Source: Kiritimatiellia bacterium (GTDB lineage: Bacteria > Verrucomicrobiota > Kiritimatiellia > RFP12 > DVOR01). From it: a stretch of 64,000 nucleotides of DNA. The position numbers were made by a program, and so were the translations under genes. The stretch lies in assembly GCA_017531445.1 (NCBI GenBank), contig JAFXKZ010000001.1, positions 223,037 through 287,036 of the forward strand, in the 5' to 3' direction. Numbering within the stretch: position 1 is the first letter of the stretch; each line of letters begins with the position of its first letter. The notes beneath the pieces were generated by a model that saw nothing but the letters and a program-made list of their open reading frames with translations, had not been told where the DNA came from and searched no databases. This document shows positions 19,274 to 27,687 of the stretch, in pieces.

Positions 19274-20105
19274 AGTCAGAATGGCTCAAGATGCCGGAGT
19301 GGCAATGGACACACAATGCATACGCGCAGCACTCGCCGATGCCGGAACCCGGCAAACGCCTGCGATTTGCTTTGTTGATGTGATGAAATCTTTCGGTGAA
19401 CGTCATGTGCAAGATCACCAGACGTTTTCGGTTCAGGCTGGAGAACTCTTTGCGATTATCGGTCCTTCCGGGACGGGAAAGAGTGTAACGTTGAAGCTGA
19501 TTGCCGGACTTTTGCGGCCGGACGCTGGCGAAGTCAGGGTCTTGGGAAAAACACTCTCGGAGCTCTCTTCAAAGGAATTGTCGCAGCTGCGTCGGCGCAT
19601 CGGTTTCCTGTTTCAAGGCGGTGCGTTGTTGGGATGGAAGACGCTTGCTGAGAATGTTGCCTTGCCGCTTCAGGAGCATGGCCGGTTGACAGCCAATGAG
19701 ATTGAAGCGCGAGTTCAGGCGGCGCTTGCGGAAGTCGGGCTGAAAGATGCAGGAGAGCTTTATCCTGCTGAAGTCTCTGGCGGGATGTTGAAACGTGCTG
19801 CTTTCGCCCGTGCCATTATCGAAAATCCGGAGATTTTGCTCTTTGACGAGCCGACTTCAGGTCTCGACCCTGTGATGGCGTATACGATAGACTCGTTGGT
19901 TCGCAAAATCAATCGTGCGCATCACGCCGCGTGTGTTGTGGTGACACATGATATGGCAGGTGCCTTGCGTTATGCCGATCGCATTGCCTTTTTGAAAGAT
20001 GGACGCTTCCTGATTGTAGATACGCCAGAGGCGATTCGTCAATCGGATCTTCCTGAAATCCAATCTTTTTTGAATCCTGAACAAACGGAGGTTTCCCATG
20101 TCTAA
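19263..20105 (+). CDS. mlaF: phospholipid ABC transporter ATP-binding protein, MlaF family
   Basis: Walker A (GPSGTGKS), the signature (LSGGMLKRAAFARA) and Walker B (LLFDEPTSGLDP) are all present. The exact start is uncertain: 19221, 19263 or 19281 are all possible. Confidence 0.8.
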   Translation: MSSEVRMAQDAGVAMDTQCIRAALADAGTRQTPAICFVDVMKSFGERHVQDHQTFSVQAGELFAIIGPSGTGKSVTLKLIAGLLRPDAGEVRVLGKTLSELSSKELSQLRRRIGFLFQGGALLGWKTLAENVALPLQEHGRLTANEIEARVQAALAEVGLKDAGELYPAEVSGGMLKRAAFARAIIENPEILLFDEPTSGLDPVMAYTIDSLVRKINRAHHAACVVVTHDMAGALRYADRIAFLKDGRFLIVDTPEAIRQSDLPEIQSFLNPEQTEVSHV

Positions 20106-21207
20106 GGCTCATGGATATTATAAAGACATCCTGACAGGTGTCTTCCTTGTTGCAATTGTAGCCCTCCTGATCTTTTTTACAATTGTGATCAGTGGTGTTG
20201 AGATGTTACGGGGAAGAAATACTACGATTTGCACGGTGAATTTCCCGGACGTGGGGGCGTTGAAAGAGCAGGATCCGGTATATGTGCGTGGACTGAAGGT
20301 GGGAAGTGTCCAGTCATTGCGGTTGCTTCCGGGGGTTGTTCAGGTGCGATTAACGCTGGATCAGAATGTTGTTTTACGAGAAGACTATTCTATTACGATT
20401 GGAAAGACTTCGATGTTGGGGGGCACCTGCGTTCAAATTTCGGAGGGCAACAGCGCAACGTCTTTGACAATGGGGCAGGAACTTAAAGGAATCGCACCGC
20501 CGGATATGATGGCGGATTTGGGGGCATTGGTGAGTGAGTTGCGCGAAGCTGTTGATCCGGAAGAGGTGCGTGCGACAATCAATAATATCCGTCTTGCTTC
20601 TGCAGATATTGCGGCTTTGACGGAGCGCATCCGCAAGGGAGAGGGAATGGTCGGGAAGTTGCTTTCGGAGGATAACTCCGGGTACGAGGATTTGGCGTCC
20701 GGGCTTGATAACTTTCGTGCAATCACAGATGACTTGCGAAATGGGAAAGGGCTTTTGGGTAAGTTAATCAGTGAGGAAGACACCACGTATGCGGATTTGA
20801 AGTCGGCAATTGCCAATTTGAATGTGGTGACCTCCGGTTTGGCAGATGGAGAAGGCTTGCTTGGTAAGTTGCTTCGCGAAGAAGATCAGTCGTATGAGGA
20901 CTTGAAAGCGGCACTTGCCAACATCCGTCAAGTCACTGAAAAGCTGAATGATCCGGCCTCCGGGTTCGGGCGTTTACTGTCGCAAGACTCCACGCTTGTG
21001 GCTGATTTAGAGGCGGCGGCATCAAATATCCGCGGGCTCACAGCAAAGCTTGAACGCGGAGAGGGCACATTGGGCAAGCTGGTGAATGAAGACACTGTAG
21101 CGGTAGAGATTGAGGCGGCAATCAAGGATGTGCGTCAAATCATCGATAATATGCGTGACACTGCGCCGATTACAACGTTTACGTCTATCTTCTTTGGCGG
21201 AATGTGA
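20098..21207 (+). CDS. MCE-domain protein (MlaD-like) with C-terminal tandem coiled-coil repeats
   Basis: An N-terminal TM helix is followed by an MCE domain. Then come about five copies of a repeat reading G(E/K)G(L/M)(V/L)GKL(L/I)SE(D/E)...Y(E/A)DL... (residues ~180-330). Confidence 0.75.
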   Translation: MSKAHGYYKDILTGVFLVAIVALLIFFTIVISGVEMLRGRNTTICTVNFPDVGALKEQDPVYVRGLKVGSVQSLRLLPGVVQVRLTLDQNVVLREDYSITIGKTSMLGGTCVQISEGNSATSLTMGQELKGIAPPDMMADLGALVSELREAVDPEEVRATINNIRLASADIAALTERIRKGEGMVGKLLSEDNSGYEDLASGLDNFRAITDDLRNGKGLLGKLISEEDTTYADLKSAIANLNVVTSGLADGEGLLGKLLREEDQSYEDLKAALANIRQVTEKLNDPASGFGRLLSQDSTLVADLEAAASNIRGLTAKLERGEGTLGKLVNEDTVAVEIEAAIKDVRQIIDNMRDTAPITTFTSIFFGGM

Positions 21208-21440
21208 TTGAGACACCACGTGTGCCGAAGTGCGTCAGCATCTGTTGCCTTTGCCGTGCGCTTGTTTTGTCGGGACAGTCTGAAACGCGTACAGATGACA
21301 TTGCTAATGGCCAGACGCTCAATGGGCAGAGAAAAGAAACCTCAAGGACTTTTTTTTGAAGTTTCAGGCAAAGAAATAGGCAAAATCACCAGATTTCCTC
21401 CAGGGGATGCGGTAAAAATAAAATGCTATAGTGGCGTGTA

Positions 21441-24400
21441 ATGGATGTTACAAAGCGTGATATTTACGGGTGGACGAGTGCAGATATCGCCGGAGAAGGG
21501 GAACGGTTGTTCGCTTCCGGTGCGGTAACCGGAACCCTCCGCAAAGGGAATATCATCGGTGGCGCAATCAAAATCGGAGCAGCGCGCTTCGTGGTGCGTT
21601 TGACTTTACGGGAGAAGCTGCCGCCGGAAGTGGATTGCCCATGTGCCGCTTCACACCGAAAGCGTGTTTGCGCTCATGCGGTGGCGGTAGCATTGGATTA
21701 TCTGAAGCGGAAACAACCTCAAGCGGAGGAGACGCCAGTATTCTCTGCAGAGCACGCGCCGACCCGCCTTCAGATTCAGAAATGGGCGGATGGAGATGTG
21801 TTGCGGCGAGCCGAGCAGCTTTTGAAATCCGGGGACGTTTCCCGTGTGCAGTTCTCTTATCCCGAGGGCCGTGCGCTTGTGCTTTCGCAACGTGCCCAAC
21901 TCGCCGTTTCGTTCAAAATGTTACCGAACGGTTTGGCCACCGGCACGTGTGCCTGTTCGCAGTCGCGCGACTATGGGCGTTTGTGTGAACATATTGTTGC
22001 CGCGATGCTGGCAGTGATGCACAGTTATGGGAGTGAAGAACGCCGTGCGCTTTATGCCGCAGAACGTCGCAGGATGGAGCAATTATCCACCGCACAGGGG
22101 CTGATTTGCCGTGCGCAGACAGGTATTCCGGCAATGATACGTGTCTTTTTGCCGCCTCCGGAAGTGTTGCGTCCGGCGTTTTATCAGGATCAGGTGAAGG
22201 TTGCCATTCGTATTTTTGTGGAAGAAAAACCCTATAAACCGCAGGAGCTGATTTCCGGAACGTGTTATGCGTTCTCGGAAGCAGATGAAACGCTGCTCGG
22301 TATTTTTGAAGACATTGCCGGGGGGGCTTTCGCAGATACATTGTGCTTGTCAGCCGCCGATACGCTTTCGCTTTTACGTTGTGCCGGACGCTCCTGGGTG
22401 GGTTTTGCCTCGCCACGACAACGGTTGAGCGTGGAAACCCGTGTTGTCCAAACGCCGATTTTGATTACGCCTTCTGTGGCGGAAGATGCGCTGAATGTCG
22501 CGATTGCGATTCCCGAAGCATCCGCGCTGTTTGTGCGTGGCGCGCAGGGATTTCTGATGCACGGCGCAGTTTTATATCCGGTAAAAGGGACGCTCCCGTT
22601 GCCGTATCAATCGCTCTATGCTGCGCCGGTGAAGATTCCGCGAGAAGCCTTTGCAGCGTTTTTTCAGCGGGAATTGCCGCAGATGCAGGCAACGGTGCCG
22701 TTACATCCGGAGAGTGCCTCGTTTGATTTGTTTACGACAACACCGGGAGAGCCGCGCTTCTGCTTGAAGTTGGAAGGCTCGTTAGTTTCTGTTTCAGCCC
22801 GGTTAGAGGCTTTTTATGGGGCTTCTTGCGTGACTGTAGGTTCGCCGGAGGAGGTAAGTCTGCCGGACCCGGATGATTTCTATCATTGTTATGTGCGTAA
22901 TCGCGAGGCGGAAAGTGCCGCTTTGGAGCGCACCACACAAATGGGGTTTCTCGGACGGGATGGTAAGAAACTGGGTGTGGTGAACGGCAATCGTGCAATT
23001 TTGAATCTTCTGGGTGAACATATCCCTGCGGCGAAACGTGCCGGCTGGCGTGTGGAATTGTCCGGTGCCATTCAAACGTGCTTTGAACAGGCTGAGATGA
23101 TTGTGCCGGTAGTTACGGTGACAGCTTCCGAAGGGGGCAGAGCCTTTGAGGTGCAGACGAGCTATGATGCTCCGGAGGGTAAGATTGTTGTAACGCCGCA
23201 GGATATCGAGCGCGCATTGGCGCACCGGAATGCTTACATTGAAAAGAATGGCGCATTGGCCTTTCTGGATATCGGGGCGATTCAAACATTACGCGATACG
23301 CTTGCTTCCTGTCGGGCGCGGGCGGGAAGCTTGCCGGGAAGCTCAAAAATCGATGCTGTCCATGCGCCGTTTATTGATGCGGCGCTGGCACCGCTTGAGG
23401 GGCTTTGCTTTGAGGCTGGGGCGCAATGGCGCAAACGTGTGGCGCAGCAAAACCGGACGTTGGCTTTGGAGTCGGTAGATTTGGGGCGGCTGGAGACGAC
23501 GTTGCGACCTTATCAGAAAGAGGGCGTTTATTGGCTGCGTTTCCTTGAGACGTGTGGTTTCTGCGGGATTCTTGCCGATGAGATGGGTTTGGGTAAAACG
23601 CTTCAGACGTTGACATGGCTTCAGCTGACGCGTGTGCGATCCGAGGCGCAACACTTGCCTTCCCTGATTGTTTGCCCCACTTCGCTCGTGGAGAACTGGC
23701 GCCGTGAAGCATTGAAATTCGTGCCCTGGCTGCGCTGTTTGGTGCTTTCCGGAGGCGATCGTGCGCGCTTGTTTGCCCGGGTGCCGGAGCATGATTTGGT
23801 GATTACGAGTTATGCCTTGATCCGCAGAGATGGTGCCTTCCATTCGCGGTGCAAGTATGGCGCGGTGGTTCTGGATGAAGCCCAGGCGATTAAGAATCAA
23901 CGTACGCAGAATGCCCAGGCGGTGAAAGCGTTGCAGACCGACACGCGTTTGGTGCTTTCCGGCACACCGATTGAAAACGGTGTCGCCGATTTGTGGAGCA
24001 TTATGGACTTCCTGATGCCGGAATATTTGGGCAAATATGAGGCGTTTAAGGTGCGCTATGAAGATGCTGTTGCGCAGGGTGGGCGGTTGGCGGAAGCAGC
24101 ACAAGAGCAGTTGCGCCGGAAGCTGCATCCGTTCTTGTTGCGCCGTGTCAAAAAGGATGTTGCCCCGGATCTGCCCGATAAGATCCGCTCAACAATGTAT
24201 TGTGAATTGACGTCTTCACAGCGCAAGGTCTACGATAAGATCCGCGAGCATGTACGCTCCAGAATGCGGCATTTGGTGAAAGAAAAGGGCTTTGAGCGGT
24301 CGCGTTTTGAGGTGCTGGCCGACTTGATGCGCTTGCGGCAAATCTGCTGTGATTTGCGGATATTGGCAGAGACACCTCCGGAAGCAGCGGAGGAACCCTC

Positions 24401-24908
24401 GGCCAAATTGGACGCTTTGATGGAGCTGCTTTCCGAGGCGCGCTCCGGCGGTCACCGTGTGCTCGTCTTCTCGCAGTTTACTTCGATGCTGAAACGTATC
24501 GCTGAACGTTTGGAAAAAGAGGGTTTCCGCTTTTGCTATTTGGATGGAAGCACAAAACAACGCGTGGAGGCGTGTATTCAATTTAATCAGAATCCCACGA
24601 TTACAGTGTTTCTCATCTCTTTGAAGGCCGGCGGCACAGGATTGAATCTTACCGGTGCCGACACCGTGGTGCACTTTGATCCTTGGTGGAATCCTGCCGT
24701 GGAAGAACAGGCCACTGACCGTGCACACCGTATCGGACAAAAGAAGACCGTGCAAGTCATCAAGATGATTGCTCAAGACACCATTGAAGAAAAAGTGTTG
24801 GAATTGCAGCAGAAAAAACGCACGTTGATTGAGGCCACTGTAAATGCAAGTGACGATGCCATCGTCTCCTCTTTGACCATGGCAGAGATTGAAACCCTTT
24901 TGGATTGA
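21441..24908 (+). CDS. SNF2-family helicase with N-terminal SWIM zinc-finger domains
   Basis: Two SWIM motifs are present (DCPCAASHRKRVCAHAVAV and GTCACSQSRDYGRLCEHIVAAM). The C-terminal SNF2_N/HELICc motifs are LRPYQKEGVYWL, ILADEMGLGKTLQTL, LDEAQAIKN and DPWWNPAVEEQATDRAHRIGQKKTV. Confidence 0.85.
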   Translation: MDVTKRDIYGWTSADIAGEGERLFASGAVTGTLRKGNIIGGAIKIGAARFVVRLTLREKLPPEVDCPCAASHRKRVCAHAVAVALDYLKRKQPQAEETPVFSAEHAPTRLQIQKWADGDVLRRAEQLLKSGDVSRVQFSYPEGRALVLSQRAQLAVSFKMLPNGLATGTCACSQSRDYGRLCEHIVAAMLAVMHSYGSEERRALYAAERRRMEQLSTAQGLICRAQTGIPAMIRVFLPPPEVLRPAFYQDQVKVAIRIFVEEKPYKPQELISGTCYAFSEADETLLGIFEDIAGGAFADTLCLSAADTLSLLRCAGRSWVGFASPRQRLSVETRVVQTPILITPSVAEDALNVAIAIPEASALFVRGAQGFLMHGAVLYPVKGTLPLPYQSLYAAPVKIPREAFAAFFQRELPQMQATVPLHPESASFDLFTTTPGEPRFCLKLEGSLVSVSARLEAFYGASCVTVGSPEEVSLPDPDDFYHCYVRNREAESAALERTTQMGFLGRDGKKLGVVNGNRAILNLLGEHIPAAKRAGWRVELSGAIQTCFEQAEMIVPVVTVTASEGGRAFEVQTSYDAPEGKIVVTPQDIERALAHRNAYIEKNGALAFLDIGAIQTLRDTLASCRARAGSLPGSSKIDAVHAPFIDAALAPLEGLCFEAGAQWRKRVAQQNRTLALESVDLGRLETTLRPYQKEGVYWLRFLETCGFCGILADEMGLGKTLQTLTWLQLTRVRSEAQHLPSLIVCPTSLVENWRREALKFVPWLRCLVLSGGDRARLFARVPEHDLVITSYALIRRDGAFHSRCKYGAVVLDEAQAIKNQRTQNAQAVKALQTDTRLVLSGTPIENGVADLWSIMDFLMPEYLGKYEAFKVRYEDAVAQGGRLAEAAQEQLRRKLHPFLLRRVKKDVAPDLPDKIRSTMYCELTSSQRKVYDKIREHVRSRMRHLVKEKGFERSRFEVLADLMRLRQICCDLRILAETPPEAAEEPSAKLDALMELLSEARSGGHRVLVFSQFTSMLKRIAERLEKEGFRFCYLDGSTKQRVEACIQFNQNPTITVFLISLKAGGTGLNLTGADTVVHFDPWWNPAVEEQATDRAHRIGQKKTVQVIKMIAQDTIEEKVLELQQKKRTLIEATVNASDDAIVSSLTMAEIETLLD

Positions 24909-24940
24909 TACACGAGAAAGCGGAGGATCAAGGGCGAGGT

Positions 24941-24980
24941 GTGTGCCGCAGACCGATGGTACGCGGCACATGCTTTTTTA
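24941..24980 (+). terminator. intrinsic terminator downstream of the SNF2 helicase gene
   Basis: The stem gtgtgccgc ... gcggcacat with a 13-nt loop is followed by tgcTTTTTTa. Confidence 0.5.
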
Positions 24981-25266
24981 ATGTCGGCGCGTTGGGGATG
25001 TACACTGCGCCGCTTCGCTTTCCTCCTCACGCAATACAAATCCCGTTGAGCTTCTCGCCGATGGCGGCGTAACGCTCCCTTTTGCTTTTTCTCCACCCAA
25101 TGGCATATCATAAAAAGTGACGTGTCACAGTGAAAGGAATGCCGGTTGCTTATGGATGAATAAACGGCTTCGCCCGATGCTTCTTTCACGGGAAAATTCC
25201 GGCTTCAGTGACATTACCCGGTTGGTTTGCATTGGAATGTGCGCGAATGCGCATGGAAAAGCGTTT

Positions 25267-25344
25267 GAAGATGGGCGATACTGCGTTTCAATATCGGCGA
25301 AACGCGAATGCGAAGTCGCCCATGTTGAAACAGCACATGGGCGA
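25267..25344. repeat. copy of the dispersed repeat family (GATGGGCGA-type units plus a 31-nt palindrome)
   Basis: Units gaagatgggcgata and gcgtttcaatatcggcgaaacgc. A palindrome reads gtcgcccatgttgaaacagcacatgggcgac. Confidence 0.55.
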
Positions 25345-25668
25345 CACTGAAAAGACCCTTGCGTTGTCATCGCAGATGCAGTCTGTTTGCAGCACGTATT
25401 CCCGCAATTCAAACCCTTACATCAACCACGTGACGTGCAAATTAGATCTATTTGCTTAGTAGAATTCCTTTCTCTCGCTTATGGCAATTCTGCGGGCGAC
25501 TTTTTGTTCTTCTCTGCATTGCAACACAATGCGTTACCGTGGGGTAGGGAATGAAGGTTCTGTCCCATTTTTTGCGTTGGGAGATGAAAAAGTAAAGTCT
25601 TTATGGGAAAAACAGAACACCCGGCTTGGGTTGATCTTTTTTACAGGGGTGTTGCGGATGATAACACA

Positions 25669-26145
25669 TTATTCCCAGATGCCGGAGGTGGCAGGAAAGG
25701 TAACCTCCGCAGAGAGTATGATACGTTCTTTGGGATAGAGGAGCTTTGAAAAAGCAGGGTCAAGAAAGATGATTTCGTTTCGGCGGTGCGTTTTGGGGTT
25801 CAACTCTGCTTCAGGAAACGTGCCGGTGGCCAAGGTATAATTGCTCATGGGCAGTCGTGAAGGCAAGGCCGGAGCATATTGTTCCAAATGGGTAATTGCA
25901 TTGATACGATGAAACGGCGTGGCGCGTTGTTCCTCTGAAGGTTCCGCAGACCAACCTTCACTCGTACGTGTAAGTGCCTGGCAACCGGATTCTGTGCGGA
26001 CGGTGCGTTGCAGATGTTCCTGTTTCAAACAAATGTGCGCTAACGTTGTACAACTGATGATAAGAACCACAAGGACGACCAATGTAATCGTCAATTCTGC
26101 CAGTGCTTGACCTTTTCGCCGTGCTGCAGAGTGAAAGCGATTCAT
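25669..26145 (-). CDS. TadE/TadG-like pilus-assembly family protein (putative)
   Basis: The N-terminus MNRFHSAARRKGQALAELTITLVVLVVLII resembles the TadE-like domain (RxGQxAVEFAL + hydrophobic helix). Length is 158 aa. Confidence 0.4.
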   Translation of the reverse strand: MNRFHSAARRKGQALAELTITLVVLVVLIISCTTLAHICLKQEHLQRTVRTESGCQALTRTSEGWSAEPSEEQRATPFHRINAITHLEQYAPALPSRLPMSNYTLATGTFPEAELNPKTHRRNEIIFLDPAFSKLLYPKERIILSAEVTFPATSGIWE

Positions 26146-26176
26146 TGACCGGTGTGACGTGCTGTTTTTAATGTGA

Positions 26177-26935
26177 TTATTGACCGGTATAGAGACGCGT
26201 TGTCAAGCGATCCGGTAACCCGGCCTGCTTAATTCGTGCGACCGCCGCATCAATGTCATAATCCACACGCCGGAATTCAATGGACAGTTTTGCCAATCCC
26301 TCGGTGGTGAAGATGAGATAGCAGGCTTTGGGGAGACCATCACGGGGTTGTCCTACAGAGCCGACATTGATAAAGTAATTCCCTTGTTCTAAAAGACCGT
26401 CGGCTGGTCCAACTTTGCTGATGCCGTGTGTTGCCCCCGCCGTTGTGCGACGGAAGATGCAAGGCACGTGCGTGTGTCCGTGAAAACAGACGCGTGTGCG
26501 CTGGAAATTAAAACTGTCTTCCGCATCGCGACGATCAAACGCATACCGATAGTGTTCCGGACTGTCAAGCGTGGAGTGGACGATCGTAAAGCCCATAATT
26601 GTGGCTGTAAGCGGAAGATTGTGAAGCCATTGGGTATCTTCCGAAGTGATGGTGCGGCGCGTCCATTCAATAACGCTGGCGGCATTGGGCTGGAAGTCGT
26701 CCAAATTTACCGAAGGATGCGAGCAATAGTGATCATGGTTCCCTTTGACCACCTTGCAGCCTAATTCGCGGATGCGCTGAATGCACTCACGTGGCGCGGC
26801 ATTGTAACCGACCACATCACCAAGGCAAACAAAATCGTCCACCCCCACGGCACGTGCATCGGCAATTACCGCATCAAGTGCTTCAATGTTTGCGTGGATA
26901 TCACTGATGATGGCATAGCGTTTCGGTTTCGGCAT
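26177..26935 (-). CDS. metallophosphoesterase (calcineurin-like phosphodiesterase family)
   Basis: Metal-ligand motifs are present: DIHAN, GDVVGYN, GNHD and a GHTH-type motif. Confidence 0.8.
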   Translation of the reverse strand: MPKPKRYAIISDIHANIEALDAVIADARAVGVDDFVCLGDVVGYNAAPRECIQRIRELGCKVVKGNHDHYCSHPSVNLDDFQPNAASVIEWTRRTITSEDTQWLHNLPLTATIMGFTIVHSTLDSPEHYRYAFDRRDAEDSFNFQRTRVCFHGHTHVPCIFRRTTAGATHGISKVGPADGLLEQGNYFINVGSVGQPRDGLPKACYLIFTTEGLAKLSIEFRRVDYDIDAAVARIKQAGLPDRLTTRLYTGQ

Positions 26936-26944
26936 ACAGCCCTT

Positions 26945-27643
26945 TCAGTTTAATTTCAGTAACGCAGCCGCAATCGTTAAGTCAATGGGCGTTGTAATCT
27001 TGATGTTTGGCTCAGTCCATTTGACAAGGCGAACCGTTTCTCCGGCAGCTTCCATGACTGAGGCGTCATCGGTGTAGGTTACGGTTTTATCTGTACCAAA
27101 GGTGTTATAGGCTTCAATGAGTTTCTTTGATTCAAAGGTCTGCGGAGTTTGAACCGCCCAAAGCGTGGAACGATCCGGAGTGGAGGTTACAATCAAATCT
27201 TTTTCTGCGACCTTGACCGTGTCAACCATCGGCATTGCGGCTACGCCGGAGCCGAATTTCCGGGCAGATTTCAGTGTTTCAGAAATGAGTGCCGGGGTGA
27301 CGCATGGTCTTGCTGCGTCGTGAACAACAATAAATTGTGTTTCGTAAGGGGCGATTCCTTTGAGGGCCGCTTGGACAGAATCCTGGCGTCGGCGGCCGCC
27401 AACCACAATCGCTTTCAGTTTTTTTATCCCGAACATCATCTGAAGACCACGTGCGGCAGCAACCTGATCCTTTCTAACAACGAGAATGATACTGTTAACA
27501 TCTTTACAGGCCTCGAATGCGAGAAGAGACCACGCAACAACAGGCTTAGCTCCGAGAGAAAGGAAGCATTTGTCCAGTCCTGACCCCATCCGTGTGGCCT
27601 TCCCGGAAGCTAAGACAATCGCAGTGACTTTAGCCATATTCAA
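26945..27643 (-). CDS. ispD: 2-C-methyl-D-erythritol 4-phosphate cytidylyltransferase
   Basis: AIVLASGKATRMG is the IspD P-loop. Other conserved regions are VVHDAARP and VQTPQTF. Length is ~230 aa. Confidence 0.85.
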   Translation of the reverse strand: MNMAKVTAIVLASGKATRMGSGLDKCFLSLGAKPVVAWSLLAFEACKDVNSIILVVRKDQVAAARGLQMMFGIKKLKAIVVGGRRRQDSVQAALKGIAPYETQFIVVHDAARPCVTPALISETLKSARKFGSGVAAMPMVDTVKVAEKDLIVTSTPDRSTLWAVQTPQTFESKKLIEAYNTFGTDKTVTYTDDASVMEAAGETVRLVKWTEPNIKITTPIDLTIAAALLKLN

Positions 27644-27687
27644 GTTCCTTCACGATGTTAACAGTGCATGAGAGAGAAAGATGGTTG

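Noticed and set aside
21208-21441. 77-aa ORF upstream of the SNF2 gene
   Set aside because: It has no RBS and Arg/Ser-rich nonsense composition. It is probably the 5' leader of the helicase gene.
23343-24128. 261-aa and other minus-strand ORFs inside the SNF2 helicase gene
   Set aside because: They are antisense to a strongly supported helicase CDS with SNF2 motifs. Their Arg/Gln/His-rich composition is spurious.
25481-25738. 85-aa plus-strand ORF and other small ORFs in the 24909-25668 intergenic region
   Set aside because: They overlap the TadE-like gene 3' end or the repeat units. They have no RBS, and their composition is not coding-like.
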